Source of the DNA: an uncultured Planctomycetota bacterium
GTDB taxonomy: Bacteria; Planctomycetota; Planctomycetia; Isosphaerales; Isosphaeraceae
Direction: 5' to 3'
Assembly: GCA_963823665.1 (NCBI GenBank)
Contig: CAWGMQ010000003.1
Span: 960,001 to 1,024,000, forward strand
Length of the DNA stretch: 64,000 nt
Shown: in pieces, positions 42,245-53,100 of the stretch
Position numbering within the stretch: position 1 is the first letter of the stretch
Layout: each line of letters opens with the position of its first letter
Notes under the pieces: generated by a model
Told to the model about the DNA's origin: nothing
The model's database searches: none
What the model saw: the letters and a program-made list of their open reading frames with translations, nothing else
Made by a program: the position numbers and the translations under genes

Positions 42245-42523
42245 ATGGCTCTGGAAACAAGATCGACCGATGCGAAGGGACGGGTCAGCCTGCCCAAAGC
42301 GTTCGCGAATGCGACGGTGATCATCGAGCACGTGAGCGAAAACGAGCTGCGCATCCGGAAAGCACGCGTGATTCCGGAAGATGAAATTCGTTTCTCGGAA
42401 GAAGTACCGATCGTCCTATCGGATCCGGAGCGTGAGCGGTTCTTGCGAGCGCTCGACCAACCGCCGAAGCCGAACGCCGCACTCAGACGATTAATGGCAG
42501 CAAAGGTTTCGAAGCGTGGCTGA
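42245..42523 (+). CDS. Antitoxin with DUF1778-like C-terminus and AbrB/MraZ-like N-terminus
   Basis: TDAKGRVSLPK; IVLSDPERERFLRALDQPPKPNAALRRLM; overlaps the toxin start; GGAGGAGG RBS. Confidence 0.8.
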   Translation: MALETRSTDAKGRVSLPKAFANATVIIEHVSENELRIRKARVIPEDEIRFSEEVPIVLSDPERERFLRALDQPPKPNAALRRLMAAKVSKRG

Positions 42524-43022
42524 CTGGCGGATCGAACGATTCGACCGCGGGCATGTGCGAGAGGGCTTCGACTGCGGCAAGCCTTCTCTCAATGACTTCC
42601 TGCATTCGCTCGTCAGCCGGTACGAGAAGCGCGACCTGGGACGCACTTATGTCGCTTTCCAGGAGGGCGATCCGCGTGTGCTGGGCTACTACACCCTGGC
42701 GAGCGGGGCAGTCGGCGCGGAGAGCCTGCCTGCGAAACAAGCCAAGAAACTTCCTCGGCACGCCGTGCCGGTTGTTCTGCTCGCGCGGCTGGCGGTTGAC
42801 CGAGGTGCGCAGGGAAAAGGCCTGGGCGGCTTCCTGCTTCGCGATGCACTGACTCGATCGCTCGACCTGGCGGAAAAAGTCGGAATTCATGCGGTTGTCG
42901 TCGACGCACTCGACGCCGTGGCCAAGTCGCTCTACGAGCGATTCGGGTTCTTGCCGTTGACCGACGATGTGATGCGTGTTTTCCTGCCCCTTAGCACGCT
43001 CAGGTCCGCCGCAAAGACGTGA
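42516..43022 (+). CDS. GNAT acetyltransferase toxin (TacT/AtaT/KacT-like)
   Basis: FDCGKPSLNDFL, VLGYYTL, VPVVLLARLAVD, QGKGLG, VVVDA, YERFGF. Confidence 0.92.
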   Translation: MADWRIERFDRGHVREGFDCGKPSLNDFLHSLVSRYEKRDLGRTYVAFQEGDPRVLGYYTLASGAVGAESLPAKQAKKLPRHAVPVVLLARLAVDRGAQGKGLGGFLLRDALTRSLDLAEKVGIHAVVVDALDAVAKSLYERFGFLPLTDDVMRVFLPLSTLRSAAKT

Positions 43023-46000
43023 GATGCGCCGGGGCCATCGCCGTGGGCGACCCTTTTGATTCCGCTGCGCCCGGCGCGGAGTATAATCGCGCGAATCATG
43101 AGCCGGATTTCCGCCTTCATCAGCTACAGCCACGATTCGCCCGAGCACAGCGCCCGAGTGCTGGCTTTCGCGCAGGCACTGCGAGCGAACGGTATCGACG
43201 TCGAGCTCGACCAGTTCCACGCCGAAGAGATCGTCGATTGGCCGCGCTGGTGCAACGAGCAGACCAGCCGCGAGTTCAACAACTTTGTGCTCTGCGTTTG
43301 CACGGCCGAGTATCGGCGCCGCATCGACGGCCACGTCGCGCCGGAAGCAGGGAAGGGAGTCTACTGGGAGGGAAGTCTCCTTGACGACGAAGTCTACGAT
43401 GCCAAAGGAAACCGGCGGATCGTTCCGATCCTATTTGATGATGATTCGGAAAGCGCGATCCCGCGGTTCCTGAGCGGCTGGACGCGCTGCGACGTCAAGG
43501 AGTTTGTGCTCGACGATGCGGGCTTCGAGCAACTGCTGCGAATTCTGACTGGGCAATCGAAGGTGGTGAAGCAGCCGCTTGGGCCAATCCCGATCTTGCC
43601 CTCGCAAGCCGCCGGAGCACCGGCACGCACGCGAGTCGCTGAACAGGAGAACGAGAGGACCCAGCGCGAGCCGCCCCGAGTCGCGCCCTCCAGGCTCACG
43701 CACGTCGCTGAGCGGTTGTTCGGACGGGAGGACGAATTCGCAAAACTCGACGCAGCCTGGAAGCCCGGGTCGGGAGTTCGCGTCATTACAATCGTGGCGT
43801 GGGGAGGTGTGGGAAAAACATCGCTCGTGGCGAAATGGGCCGCGACGCTGGCGGCGCGCGATTACGATGGGGCCGACTACCTCGACTGGTCGTTCTACAG
43901 CCAGGGGGCGCGATCAGGCGGGCGCGTCGGCCGACCAATTCATTCAGGCCGCGCTCGAGTTCTTCGGCGATAGCGCAAAGGCGCATAGCCCCGCTTCGGC
44001 GTGGGACAAGGGAGCGCGGCTGGCGCAATTGGTCGCACAGAGCAGGACGCTGCTGATCCTCGACGGGCTGGAACCGCTCCAGCATCCCCCTGGCCCTCAA
44101 GCCGGCGAGCTCAAGGACCCGGCTGTCGTGGCCCTGTTGCGGGGGCTGGCGGGGAACAACCCGGGCCTGTGCGTTGTGACCTCGCGCGAGCGTGTAGCAG
44201 ATCTGGCCCAATTCCGCGACATCACTGCGCCGGAGTGGAAGCTCGAGCATCTTTCAAACGTCGCGGGCGCCGCCTTGCTCAAGAACCTCGGCGTCAAGGG
44301 GGCCGGCGATGAATTCACGCGGCTCGTGACTGACATGCACGGGCACGCCCTCACGCTGCAATTGCTCGGCCGATTCATTGTTGATGCCTACGACGATAAG
44401 GACATCCGTCATTACAAAGAAGTGAAGTTCGAGGAGGCTGACCTGGAGGGTCAGGGCCGCTCGGCGTTCAAGGTGATGGTCGCGTACGAGCGCTGGTTGC
44501 AATCGGCCGGACCGGAGGGGGAGCGAGAGCTGGCGCTCTTGCGGCTCACCGGGCTGTTCAACCGGCCAATGTCACGCGATTGCCTGCAAGCCTTGCGCAC
44601 CGAGCCGGCGATTCCCGGCCTGACGGACTCGCTGGTGAAACTGAAAGAGCCGCAGTGGAACGTCGCCCTGAAGCGATTGAGCGAAGTCGATCTGCTGACG
44701 CTATCTCCCGACGCCATCGACGCCCATCCGCTGATCCGTGAATACTTCGCCAAGCAGCTCCGCGACACTCAGCCCGCCGCGTTCCAGACCGCGCACTCGC
44801 GGCTGTTCGATTATTTGTGCGACACGACGCCCTACCACCCCGATTCGCTCGATGGCCTGCAACCGCTGTACGAGGCAGTCGTCCACGGCTGCCTCGCCGG
44901 GCGCCAGCAGGAGGCGTGCATCAAGGTCTACCGCGACCGCATCCTGCGCGGCACGCGGAACGATGGTTTCTACAGCACGAGAATACTCGGTGCGATCGGG
45001 GCCGACCTCGCGGCGGTGGCGGCGTTCTTCGACGAGCCTTGGGGCCGCGTCTCGTCGAATCTCGCCGAAGCCGAACAGGCCTGGCTGAGAGCGGTCGCCG
45101 CTGTCAGTCTCCGGGCCCTCGGCCGCTTGAAGGAGGCGCTTCAACCAATTCGAACCGGGCTGGAAATTGAGGTTCGGCGCAACGATTGGCTGAACGCCGC
45201 GATAAGTGCTAGCAATCTCAGCGAGCTGGAGTTGACGCTGGGCCGGATGACGGACGCCGTGGCCGTTGCCCGCCGTTCGATCACCTACGCCGACCACAGC
45301 GGCGATGAGGGCCAGCGGATGATTAACAGCACCACGGCGGCGGTTGCATTGCACCAGTCGGGTCAGCGGGCCGAAGCGGGCATGCTTTTCGCCGATGCCG
45401 AACGAATGCAGAAGGAAAGGCAACCGGAGTTCGATACGCTCTACTCGGTGCAAGGCTTCCAATGGTGCGACTGGCTCCTGGTCCCCGCCGAACGCGCCGC
45501 GTGGCAGGCCTTGCTCCACGGTACAGGATGCCGGTTTGTGATCGACAAGCACGGCGAAGACCTGGCAGCTACGATTTGCGATGAAGTCGAACATCGTGCG
45601 ACAACGACGCTGAAGTGGATGATTGACCGTCGAGGGCCCCTCCTGAGTATCGCCCTCGATCACTTGACGCTGGCTCGAGTCGGGCTGATTCGGGCGATTC
45701 TGTCTGACCCGCTGCCGCAGCCGGCGCTCGACCTGCCGCGTGTCGACGCCTCCATCAACGGTCTCGGCGCCGCGGGAACCTCCCACTACATACCGAGAGG
45801 CCTCCTCACCGCCGCGCTCTATCACTTCGTCCGCGGCGATGCCGCGTCGGCCCGGACGGCCCTCGACCAGGCCCAGGAGATCGCCGAGCGCGGCCCGATG
45901 CCGCTCTACCTTGCCGACATCCACCTCCATCGCGCCCGCCTCTTCCGCGATCAGGCCGAGCTCGCCAAGGCCCGCGACCTCATCCAGAAGCACGGCTACG

Positions 46001-46465
46001 GGCGACGCAGCGAGGAGCTGGAAGACGCCGAAGCAGCCGCCAAGAGCTGGCCCGCATAAGCAATCTCGCATGGCCCGCATCAGGGCTTGACCGTGACGAG
46101 GTGGCGTGAGAGGTTGATCCGCGTGTTAGTGACGAAATGCACTCGGACAACCTTGCGACCTCAATCCAGAACAACCACACAATGAACGACGGAGACCACG
46201 CAATGTTCAAAGGCAAGGCAGAACTGACCGACCCCGAGAAAGGCGACGTGGTGGCGACATTCACGGAGACCTGCTATGACGACGGCGCAGCGGCCGCCAC
46301 CGTCCGCCTCCGAACTCCGATCACGCTTCAAGGCACCGAGCTCCTCGAAATCGTCGGCACGGTGACGCCGGCGCCGATGATCTCCGTAGGGGCAAGCGAC
46401 CCCGCCGGAACCGAGATCTGCGAATTCCACGGGAAAAGCGCAATCGGCTGCATCCCGGACGGCGC
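42850..46465 (+). repeat. Diverged direct duplication, copy 2
   Basis: Matches 36146-39498; copy 1 lacks ~46075-46339. Confidence 0.92.
43098..46059 (+). CDS. SEFIR/TIR-STAND NTPase-TPR protein (NLR-like), copy 2; 2-nt frameshift near 43908
   Basis: Same motifs as copy 1 (AWGGVGKT, LLILDGLE, VVTSR, HPLIREYF); ORFs 43056-43973 and 43579-46059 join. Confidence 0.88.
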
Positions 46466-46553
46466 AGACCTCACCTTGGTAAAAAGCCCAGGCGGCCCAC
46501 TCGGGACCCTGCTCGTCGTCATTGGAAAAGGAACGGTCCATCGGTCGAGCTAG
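46203..46553 (+). CDS. Small hypothetical beta-rich protein
   Basis: MFKGKAEL.. after GGAG; partial duplicate at 39372-39498. Confidence 0.65.
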   Translation: MFKGKAELTDPEKGDVVATFTETCYDDGAAAATVRLRTPITLQGTELLEIVGTVTPAPMISVGASDPAGTEICEFHGKSAIGCIPDGADLTLVKSPGGPLGTLLVVIGKGTVHRSS

Positions 46554-46671
46554 ATTCAATCGACCGGCCACCTGACCAAGGCAGACTCGCCGTGGGTGTG
46601 CAAGCTCGCTAGGATAGTGGGCACAGATGCTCGATTCTCCAGTGCGGGCCCGTGCACAAGGAGTGAACGCG

Positions 46672-48474
46672 ATGCGTACCCGGTGGGGGGCTGTCGCAGG
46701 GGTGGCCCTGGTCGTCTTCGCTTCGACCTGCTGGTCAGCCGAACCCATCAACTTGAAAGTGCTCTACGCGGGCGATCCCAAGAGCGATCGTACCGCCGAC
46801 TTTCGGTCCTTCCTGGAGAAGCACTTCACCGGAGTCGGCCTGGCCGATTATCTGTCGCTCCGGCAGGCGGACACCAAGGGCTACGACGTCGTCATCCTGG
46901 ACTGGCCGGACTTACCACCGCGCGAGGCCGGGGTGTTCAAAGTTCCGGCGCTCTCTCGCGATTACGATCGACCGACCATCCTGATCGGCGGCGGGACTCT
47001 CGGAGTGGGGCGGAGCCAGCAACTGAAGCTCGACGACCTGTGCATTTGCCTGGGGGACGCTGCGCACGGCATCGTGACCACTCACGAAATCTTTCGCACA
47101 CCAAATGATGTCCGTCTCACTTTCGAAAATCGCCCGGTCCCCGTGTCTTATCGCAGTTGGCCGATCGGGGAGCGACTTGGTGAGACGATGAAGGTCTGGA
47201 GAGTCCAGAAGAGGGGATGGTCGGCCGAGCGCCCGGACGATCTTTCATACCTGCCGGGAATGGTCTCCGACCCCTGCGGCTTCCTCGATTCTCCGGACTG
47301 CGAATTCATGGCCAGTGGGCTCAACATGAAGAGTCCGGAGGCCGTCGCGATCGGCCGCCAGGGGAATTTCCTCCTCTGGGGTTTCTACTCGCCGCCCTCC
47401 GATCTGACGCCCGAGGCTCGTCATTGCTTCGTCAACGCGATCTGCTACATCAAGAAGTTTGACGGCCAGGTGCCGCTGGTGCGCAAGACGCAACGAGGTG
47501 TCGCGAGCGCGAGGCAACGGGCTCTTGTCTATGCCGCCGATTTCAAGATGATCCTGGATCGGGAATGGTTCATCGGAACTCAGCCCGAATCGATCCGCAA
47601 GGACCCGGCGAAAATCGCCGAGCTCCATCGCGAGCGGGTGCAACAGTATCAAGACCACTTCCCGGAGGAATTGCGGCGGGCATTCGGGAACGACTCTGAA
47701 CAGTACATCAAGTATTACCAGGATAATCTGGAGTTCCTCGGCCCCGTGGGAGGCCCCGGCTTCCCCCTGGCGGTGGATGAAGACGTGAAGGCACTCGGAT
47801 TGTCCAATCGCAAAGTCGAACTCCTCGACCGATGTATCTCCATGCTCGAGCATGGAGAGCAGCCCGATCGAGCCCTGCGAGTCCTCAAACGTTATACGAG
47901 CGAGGACTTCGCCGACGCCAAGGTCTGGCGATCGTGGCTTCTCGCCCATCGAGACCGAATGTTCTTCACCGACGTCGGCGGCTTCAAGTTCATGATCGCG
48001 CCCGAATCAATGCGCGGTGCGTCGAGCACGGCGCCCCTTCGTCCCGAGCCGGACCCGGAACATCCGGTCGCATCATATGCCGAATTGTTGCCACGGAAGG
48101 TCATTGCCGGCGAAACTCTCGACCTCGTCGTTCGAGTCAAAACGGCGCCGACCTGGCACATCTACGCGACCACGGGATCGAAAGGCCCCGGCATCCCGAC
48201 GGCCCTGAAACTGGAAACGCCCAAGGGCATCAGGCCCGAAGGTGAATGGATCGGCCCCGAGCCCAGCCGCGGCCTGGATGGCCAGATGATTCATGAAGGG
48301 ACTTTCGAGTTCCGCCGCAAACTGCGAGTCAAATCGGATGCGGCCCTGGGTTCAATCCGGGTCTTGTGCGAGTTCAGCTACCAAGCCTGCAACTTACGCG
48401 CGTGCCAGCCGCCGGCCAAGGATAACCTCGAGGCCACAGCCACGATCATCGGGCGATCGCGCACCGCACCGTAG
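46672..48474 (+). CDS. Secreted protein with CxC motif and C-terminal DsbD N-terminal-like domain
   Basis: Signal peptide; LCICLG; C-terminal APTWHIYA..G.PT.L..YQACNLRACQPP; AAGGAG RBS. Confidence 0.8.
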   Translation: MRTRWGAVAGVALVVFASTCWSAEPINLKVLYAGDPKSDRTADFRSFLEKHFTGVGLADYLSLRQADTKGYDVVILDWPDLPPREAGVFKVPALSRDYDRPTILIGGGTLGVGRSQQLKLDDLCICLGDAAHGIVTTHEIFRTPNDVRLTFENRPVPVSYRSWPIGERLGETMKVWRVQKRGWSAERPDDLSYLPGMVSDPCGFLDSPDCEFMASGLNMKSPEAVAIGRQGNFLLWGFYSPPSDLTPEARHCFVNAICYIKKFDGQVPLVRKTQRGVASARQRALVYAADFKMILDREWFIGTQPESIRKDPAKIAELHRERVQQYQDHFPEELRRAFGNDSEQYIKYYQDNLEFLGPVGGPGFPLAVDEDVKALGLSNRKVELLDRCISMLEHGEQPDRALRVLKRYTSEDFADAKVWRSWLLAHRDRMFFTDVGGFKFMIAPESMRGASSTAPLRPEPDPEHPVASYAELLPRKVIAGETLDLVVRVKTAPTWHIYATTGSKGPGIPTALKLETPKGIRPEGEWIGPEPSRGLDGQMIHEGTFEFRRKLRVKSDAALGSIRVLCEFSYQACNLRACQPPAKDNLEATATIIGRSRTAP

Positions 48475-48482
48475 CCATCACG

Positions 48483-50111
48483 TCATCGAGTGCGAGCGTT
48501 CGAGTCGGCACCGTGGGCGAGAAGCCATTGCACCGCGTCCGCCTTGCCCTTCCTGGCGAAGTACATGAGCAGCGTGCCGTCATTCTCATCTCGCGCATCG
48601 AGATCGGCCCCGCCTGCGGCCAGCAGCTCCATGACCGGAATCGGATCGGCTTTGGAACGTGTCTTCGTCAAATGCAACAGCGGCGTCACGCCGTTTTCGT
48701 CGAGCGCGTCTACGTTGGCGCCGCGCTTGAGCAGCAATTGGATCAGCGGGAGCTTACCGCCGCGCACGGCGTAGTGCAGCGCGGTCAGACCATAACGCCC
48801 GCGGTCGTCGAGGCCCGCGCCGTAATCCAGCAGCACCGTGACGCGGTGTACTTCGTTGCTGCTCACATCCGGGCGGCAGGCGCGCGGCAGCATCCAGTCC
48901 GGCACTTTCTTGCCGCTGGCGATGAGCAGATCGGCGACGGGGCGCTCGGCGTCGTCCAGGCGGCCGAGAAACGCCGTTCGCTGGACATCGGCACCGTGTT
49001 CGATCAGGAGTTTCACGAGGTCCACGCGGTTCATGACGACCGCGAGCGTGAGCAGCTTACCGCTGTGCCGCGTCACCTCGGCCCCGCACTCGAGCAGCAG
49101 CTTCGCGGCGTCCATGCTGCCGCCGCAGACCGCATGGCAAAGGGGCGAGACTTCCTGGAAGTCATCAGCCGGATCGATGGCATGGACGAGATCCGGATTG
49201 CGATCGAGATGGCCGCGGAGCGCGGTCAGGTCGCCCAGCCAGGCCGCGGTGAAAACGTCGTCGATGGCGCCATGCTCGAGCAAGGGTGCTACAAACGCCG
49301 GCCGCCATTTTCGGGCAATCGCCAGTGGAGTGACCGCGACGCCGGTTCCCAGTTGGACCACGTCGCAGGCCATGGTCGCACGCAAAGGATCGCACGCGGG
49401 CGTATTGCAGTCGGCGCCGGCTTCGAGTACCAGCTCGAGGATTTTCGGGCGGTTGCGGTACGTGGCGACCCAGGCCAAAGTGCGGTTATCCGTGCCGCGC
49501 CGGCTTGTGAGCCAGCGGTCTTGCTCGAGCGCGTTGCGGATGATTTCCGTACGTCCCTTGGCGGCATCGCCCAGGAGCTTTTCAAACAGCACCTGAGCCC
49601 GATCCTGGACAGCATCGCAGCCTTTGCGAAGGTCGCTCGAGCTCGTCTCGGGACTGTGAATCATGGCTTCGGCAATGCGCGCGAGCGGAGGCATGATTTG
49701 CTCCGCGTCGAGACCGCGGGCAACCAGGGCCTCGCGCATGCAGCGCAGCCACGCCGCCGCCGCTTCGGGGCTGATGTAGCGATGCTGGTGCCGCCGCAGG
49801 AGGCCGCCTTCGAGATCGTCCGCGTAGCCGCGGCGGCCGAGGAACCACTGGATGAAGAAGGAAGTTGCCGCTGCGCTGTTGAAGTGCGGAAACGCCACAC
49901 TGAGCAGCTCGTCCTCCTCGATGCGGCGATAGAGGTCCTGGATCAAGGCGGTCACGCCGTCACTGCCGCCCAGGGCCTTGCCGAACTCCGCGCCGGGATA
50001 CATGACGAGTGGTTCCCCGCGATGGCGCAATTCCTTGTGAATTGCGTCTTGGGCCTGGCGTGAGATCGGGCGCGGGCTGGCGTCGGTGTGAAGCTGACGG
50101 ATGTGGGGCAT
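48483..50111 (-). CDS. Truncated (2/2, group II-like) globin fused to ankyrin repeats
   Basis: LGG..LY..IEEDELL..FP..FFIQWF.G..GY..LLRRH..AWLRCM; then ankyrin units (GLTALHYAVRGG..LLKRGANVD, GVTPLL, GADLDA). Confidence 0.8.
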   Translation of the reverse strand: MPHIRQLHTDASPRPISRQAQDAIHKELRHRGEPLVMYPGAEFGKALGGSDGVTALIQDLYRRIEEDELLSVAFPHFNSAAATSFFIQWFLGRRGYADDLEGGLLRRHQHRYISPEAAAAWLRCMREALVARGLDAEQIMPPLARIAEAMIHSPETSSSDLRKGCDAVQDRAQVLFEKLLGDAAKGRTEIIRNALEQDRWLTSRRGTDNRTLAWVATYRNRPKILELVLEAGADCNTPACDPLRATMACDVVQLGTGVAVTPLAIARKWRPAFVAPLLEHGAIDDVFTAAWLGDLTALRGHLDRNPDLVHAIDPADDFQEVSPLCHAVCGGSMDAAKLLLECGAEVTRHSGKLLTLAVVMNRVDLVKLLIEHGADVQRTAFLGRLDDAERPVADLLIASGKKVPDWMLPRACRPDVSSNEVHRVTVLLDYGAGLDDRGRYGLTALHYAVRGGKLPLIQLLLKRGANVDALDENGVTPLLHLTKTRSKADPIPVMELLAAGGADLDARDENDGTLLMYFARKGKADAVQWLLAHGADSNARTR

Positions 50112-50144
50112 GTCGTATTCCCAGTTACTCAGACGGCTTTCGCC

Positions 50145-53100
50145 TTATCGCAACCGCGTTGGCATTTCGGTTGTCGGCGCGAAGATGTCGGCAGGCAGAT
50201 CGTCGAATGAACCGGCCAGAACGGCCTCGGCCTCGGCGCGGAACGCTGTCAGTTCCTTGGCCTGCAACTCGGGCAGGCTCTTCTGTGCTGCCAGCCAGCG
50301 CACGGCTTGGTCGTAGAGACGATGTGCCTCTTGGTGGCGTCCTTCCTGGTGATGGGCCATCGCCAGAAAGAGGAGGTCATAGGGTGGGATCCCGCTGCTG
50401 CCGGCGGCACAGCTTCGATTCAGAGCCTCGATGGCTTCCGTATACCGGCCCGCGCGATAGAGAGCCACGCCCAGAGTATTGAGAATGAGCGGCGAGCTGT
50501 GCGCCAGTGCGACGGCTCGCCGCGCCAGCAAGACTGCACGCTCGGGGTCACGCTGAATGAACGGGCCGGTCGCCTCAACCCAGGCACGCTCGTTGAGCGC
50601 GTCCGGGTTGCTCGGTAGCAATGTCCCGGCTTTCTCCCGATCGGCACCGGCTTGCTCGTGGTCCCCGAGCGCGTCGCGGACGATGCCGCGGAGGTCGTAC
50701 AGCGCGAAGTTGTCCGGGCCCTTCGAGATGAGGAAGTCGAGATCGGCCAGCGCCTCGCGGTGCCGGCCCAGCCGGATCAGGGCCCGCGCCCGGCTGTAGC
50801 GAGCAACGTCCAGATCGGGGCTTACAGCGAGGACACGGCCAAAGTCGTCCGCGGCCAGGCCGGGCTGTGCAAGGGCCAGGGCGACCAGACCGCGCTGGAA
50901 TCGGGCCTCGTGATCGTCAGGTGCTCGTTCGAGCAAGCGGTTGAAGGCGCGCAGCGCGCCGGCCTGCCTTCCCGTTTCCTGATAAGCCTCGGCCAGAAGC
51001 CAGCACGCATCGGCATCGCCGGGACGCAGCCGAAACAGACGCTCAAGGTCGGCGATCGCTTCGGGCCACTTCTTCTGCTGCGTGAACCGCCAGCCGCGGC
51101 GAATCAGGGCTTCGGCATCGTCCGGCGCGACGGCGAGCCGCCGGTCCAGCTCGGTCAATTCGGTGGCGCGAGCGGCATTGGGCTCGACCACTTCCCCGAC
51201 GACCTGCACCGGCCGTGGTGCCGGTGCGGGGCCAGACACTTCCGTCGCGGCCAAGGCGATCGGATAGGGCGGTGCTTCCCAGTCCAGGCCGCGGGAGGCG
51301 AGCTGCTCGCGGATCTGCCGCAGGTCCCACAGCAGCGCGGTCTTCTGGTCGGTGCGGCCGACCAGCTTCGTACCGTCGGGGCTGAAGGCCAGCGGCGTGG
51401 GGGTTACCGACTGCAAGGTCGTTAGCCGCGCCAGCTCCCGGCCGGTCGCTACGTCGGCCAGCATCACCTGGTCGGGCGCTATCCCCATGGCCATCATCCG
51501 GCCGTCGCCGGTAAACGCCGGCGGTTGCAACGCCATCCCGCTGCGTTTTTGATCAATCCGTCGTTCCAGGGCCCACGTCCCCACGCGCCAGAAGTGGTAA
51601 GAGGTTCTGCCCGCATCGGGGCACGTGCACGAAACGAGCCAGCGGCCATCGGGGCTGAAGCCGGTGAAGAACTTCGTGTCACCGACGGCATCTTGGGGAC
51701 ACAGGATCCGCTCGAGCCGGCGCCGGTGCAAATCCCAAACTCGGGCCCCTGGCTCGTACCAACCGCCGACGGCCAACCACCGGCCATCCGGGCTGACGCC
51801 GACCATCTTCATTCGGTGACTGTTCCCGGCATCGAACGTGATTGCCCGGCTCCAAGCCGGGTGCGGGCGACTCGTATCGACGAGCAAGACCCGGGCGTTC
51901 GGGTTGTCGATGATCGCCAGGGTCCGATGATCGGGTAGCCAGGCCGCGTGATTGTCCACGGCGCCCGCGGTTTCCCTGAGGAGCTCGGGCGGTCCGACGC
52001 GGATTGCGTCCGGCCCGTGAGCGGGGTCCAGGCTGATCGGCCAGCGATACACGCCCCATATGCTGGCGCTGATCAAGCTCTGGCCGTCGGGGTGAAAGAG
52101 TACAGTTTCACACTCACCGGTCTTGAGATGGGCGAGCTCACATCCCGAGTCGGTCTCCCACAAGCGCACACCATCGAAGTCACAGGTCGCGACCAGGCGG
52201 CCGTCGGGGCTGAAGTCGGCCTGGCGCACTGCGCTGGCGTCTCGCCGCTCGGAGCGGTTGCCGAGCATCCCCGGGTGGAGCGTCCGGCACTCTGAAGCAG
52301 TGGCCACGTCCCAGACGCCGATCTCCCTGCGATTCTGGAATGCGAGCCGGCGGTCATCCGGCGCGAAGCCGCGCAGTCCCCCCGGCGCCGACATCAGTGG
52401 CTCCCCCGAGGCCGCATCCCAGAGCCGGGTCGTGGTATCCCAGCTTCCGGTCGCCAGCAGAAAACCTGTGTGCGCGAATTGTGCGCTGAGCACCTCGAGG
52501 GGGTGGCCCTCGAGGACCGAGGAGAGGGCCCCGTCGCGAACGTTCCAAACATAGACGCGAGGGTCACGCCCATAGTTGCCGACTGCCAGCAATTGCCCGT
52601 CGGCGCTCCAGGCGGTGGCGCCGATGCCGACGTGTGACGTCCAGTTCGCGAGCACCCGGCCGGTTTCCACCTCGAGTATCACCAACCGCGGCGATGCAAC
52701 GTCGGCGTTGTTGACGGCGAGCCGCCGGCCCGCGGGATCAATCGCATAATTACTCGGTCTGAAATCCAGCGGCAGCGAACGGACCACCCGGCGCTCGTCC
52801 CGGTCCCAGATGGCGATGCCCCCCTCCGGCGCAGCGAAGAGCGCGCGGCGGCTTGTCGGATGGAACACCGCGTATCCCCGGCTAGGCAGGCTCGCGAGCA
52901 GCTCGCGGCGACTCAGGTGCCACACCCGCAAGAGCGCGCCTCTGCCCCCCTTCAGGGCGTAGCGCGCAACCAGCAGCTCGCCGTCCGGGCTGAAGGCAGG
53001 CGAGGCCCACCAGAAATCGCGATGGTCCGGCCCCGGCAGGCGCATCAGCTCGCGGTCGCCATCGAGCCGGCACACGATGACCGCGCCCGAGCGGTCCACG

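Noticed and set aside
36146..46465. Diversity-generating retroelement TR/VR pair
   Set aside because: Differences are not adenine-specific, the duplication is >3 kb, and no reverse transcriptase is in the window
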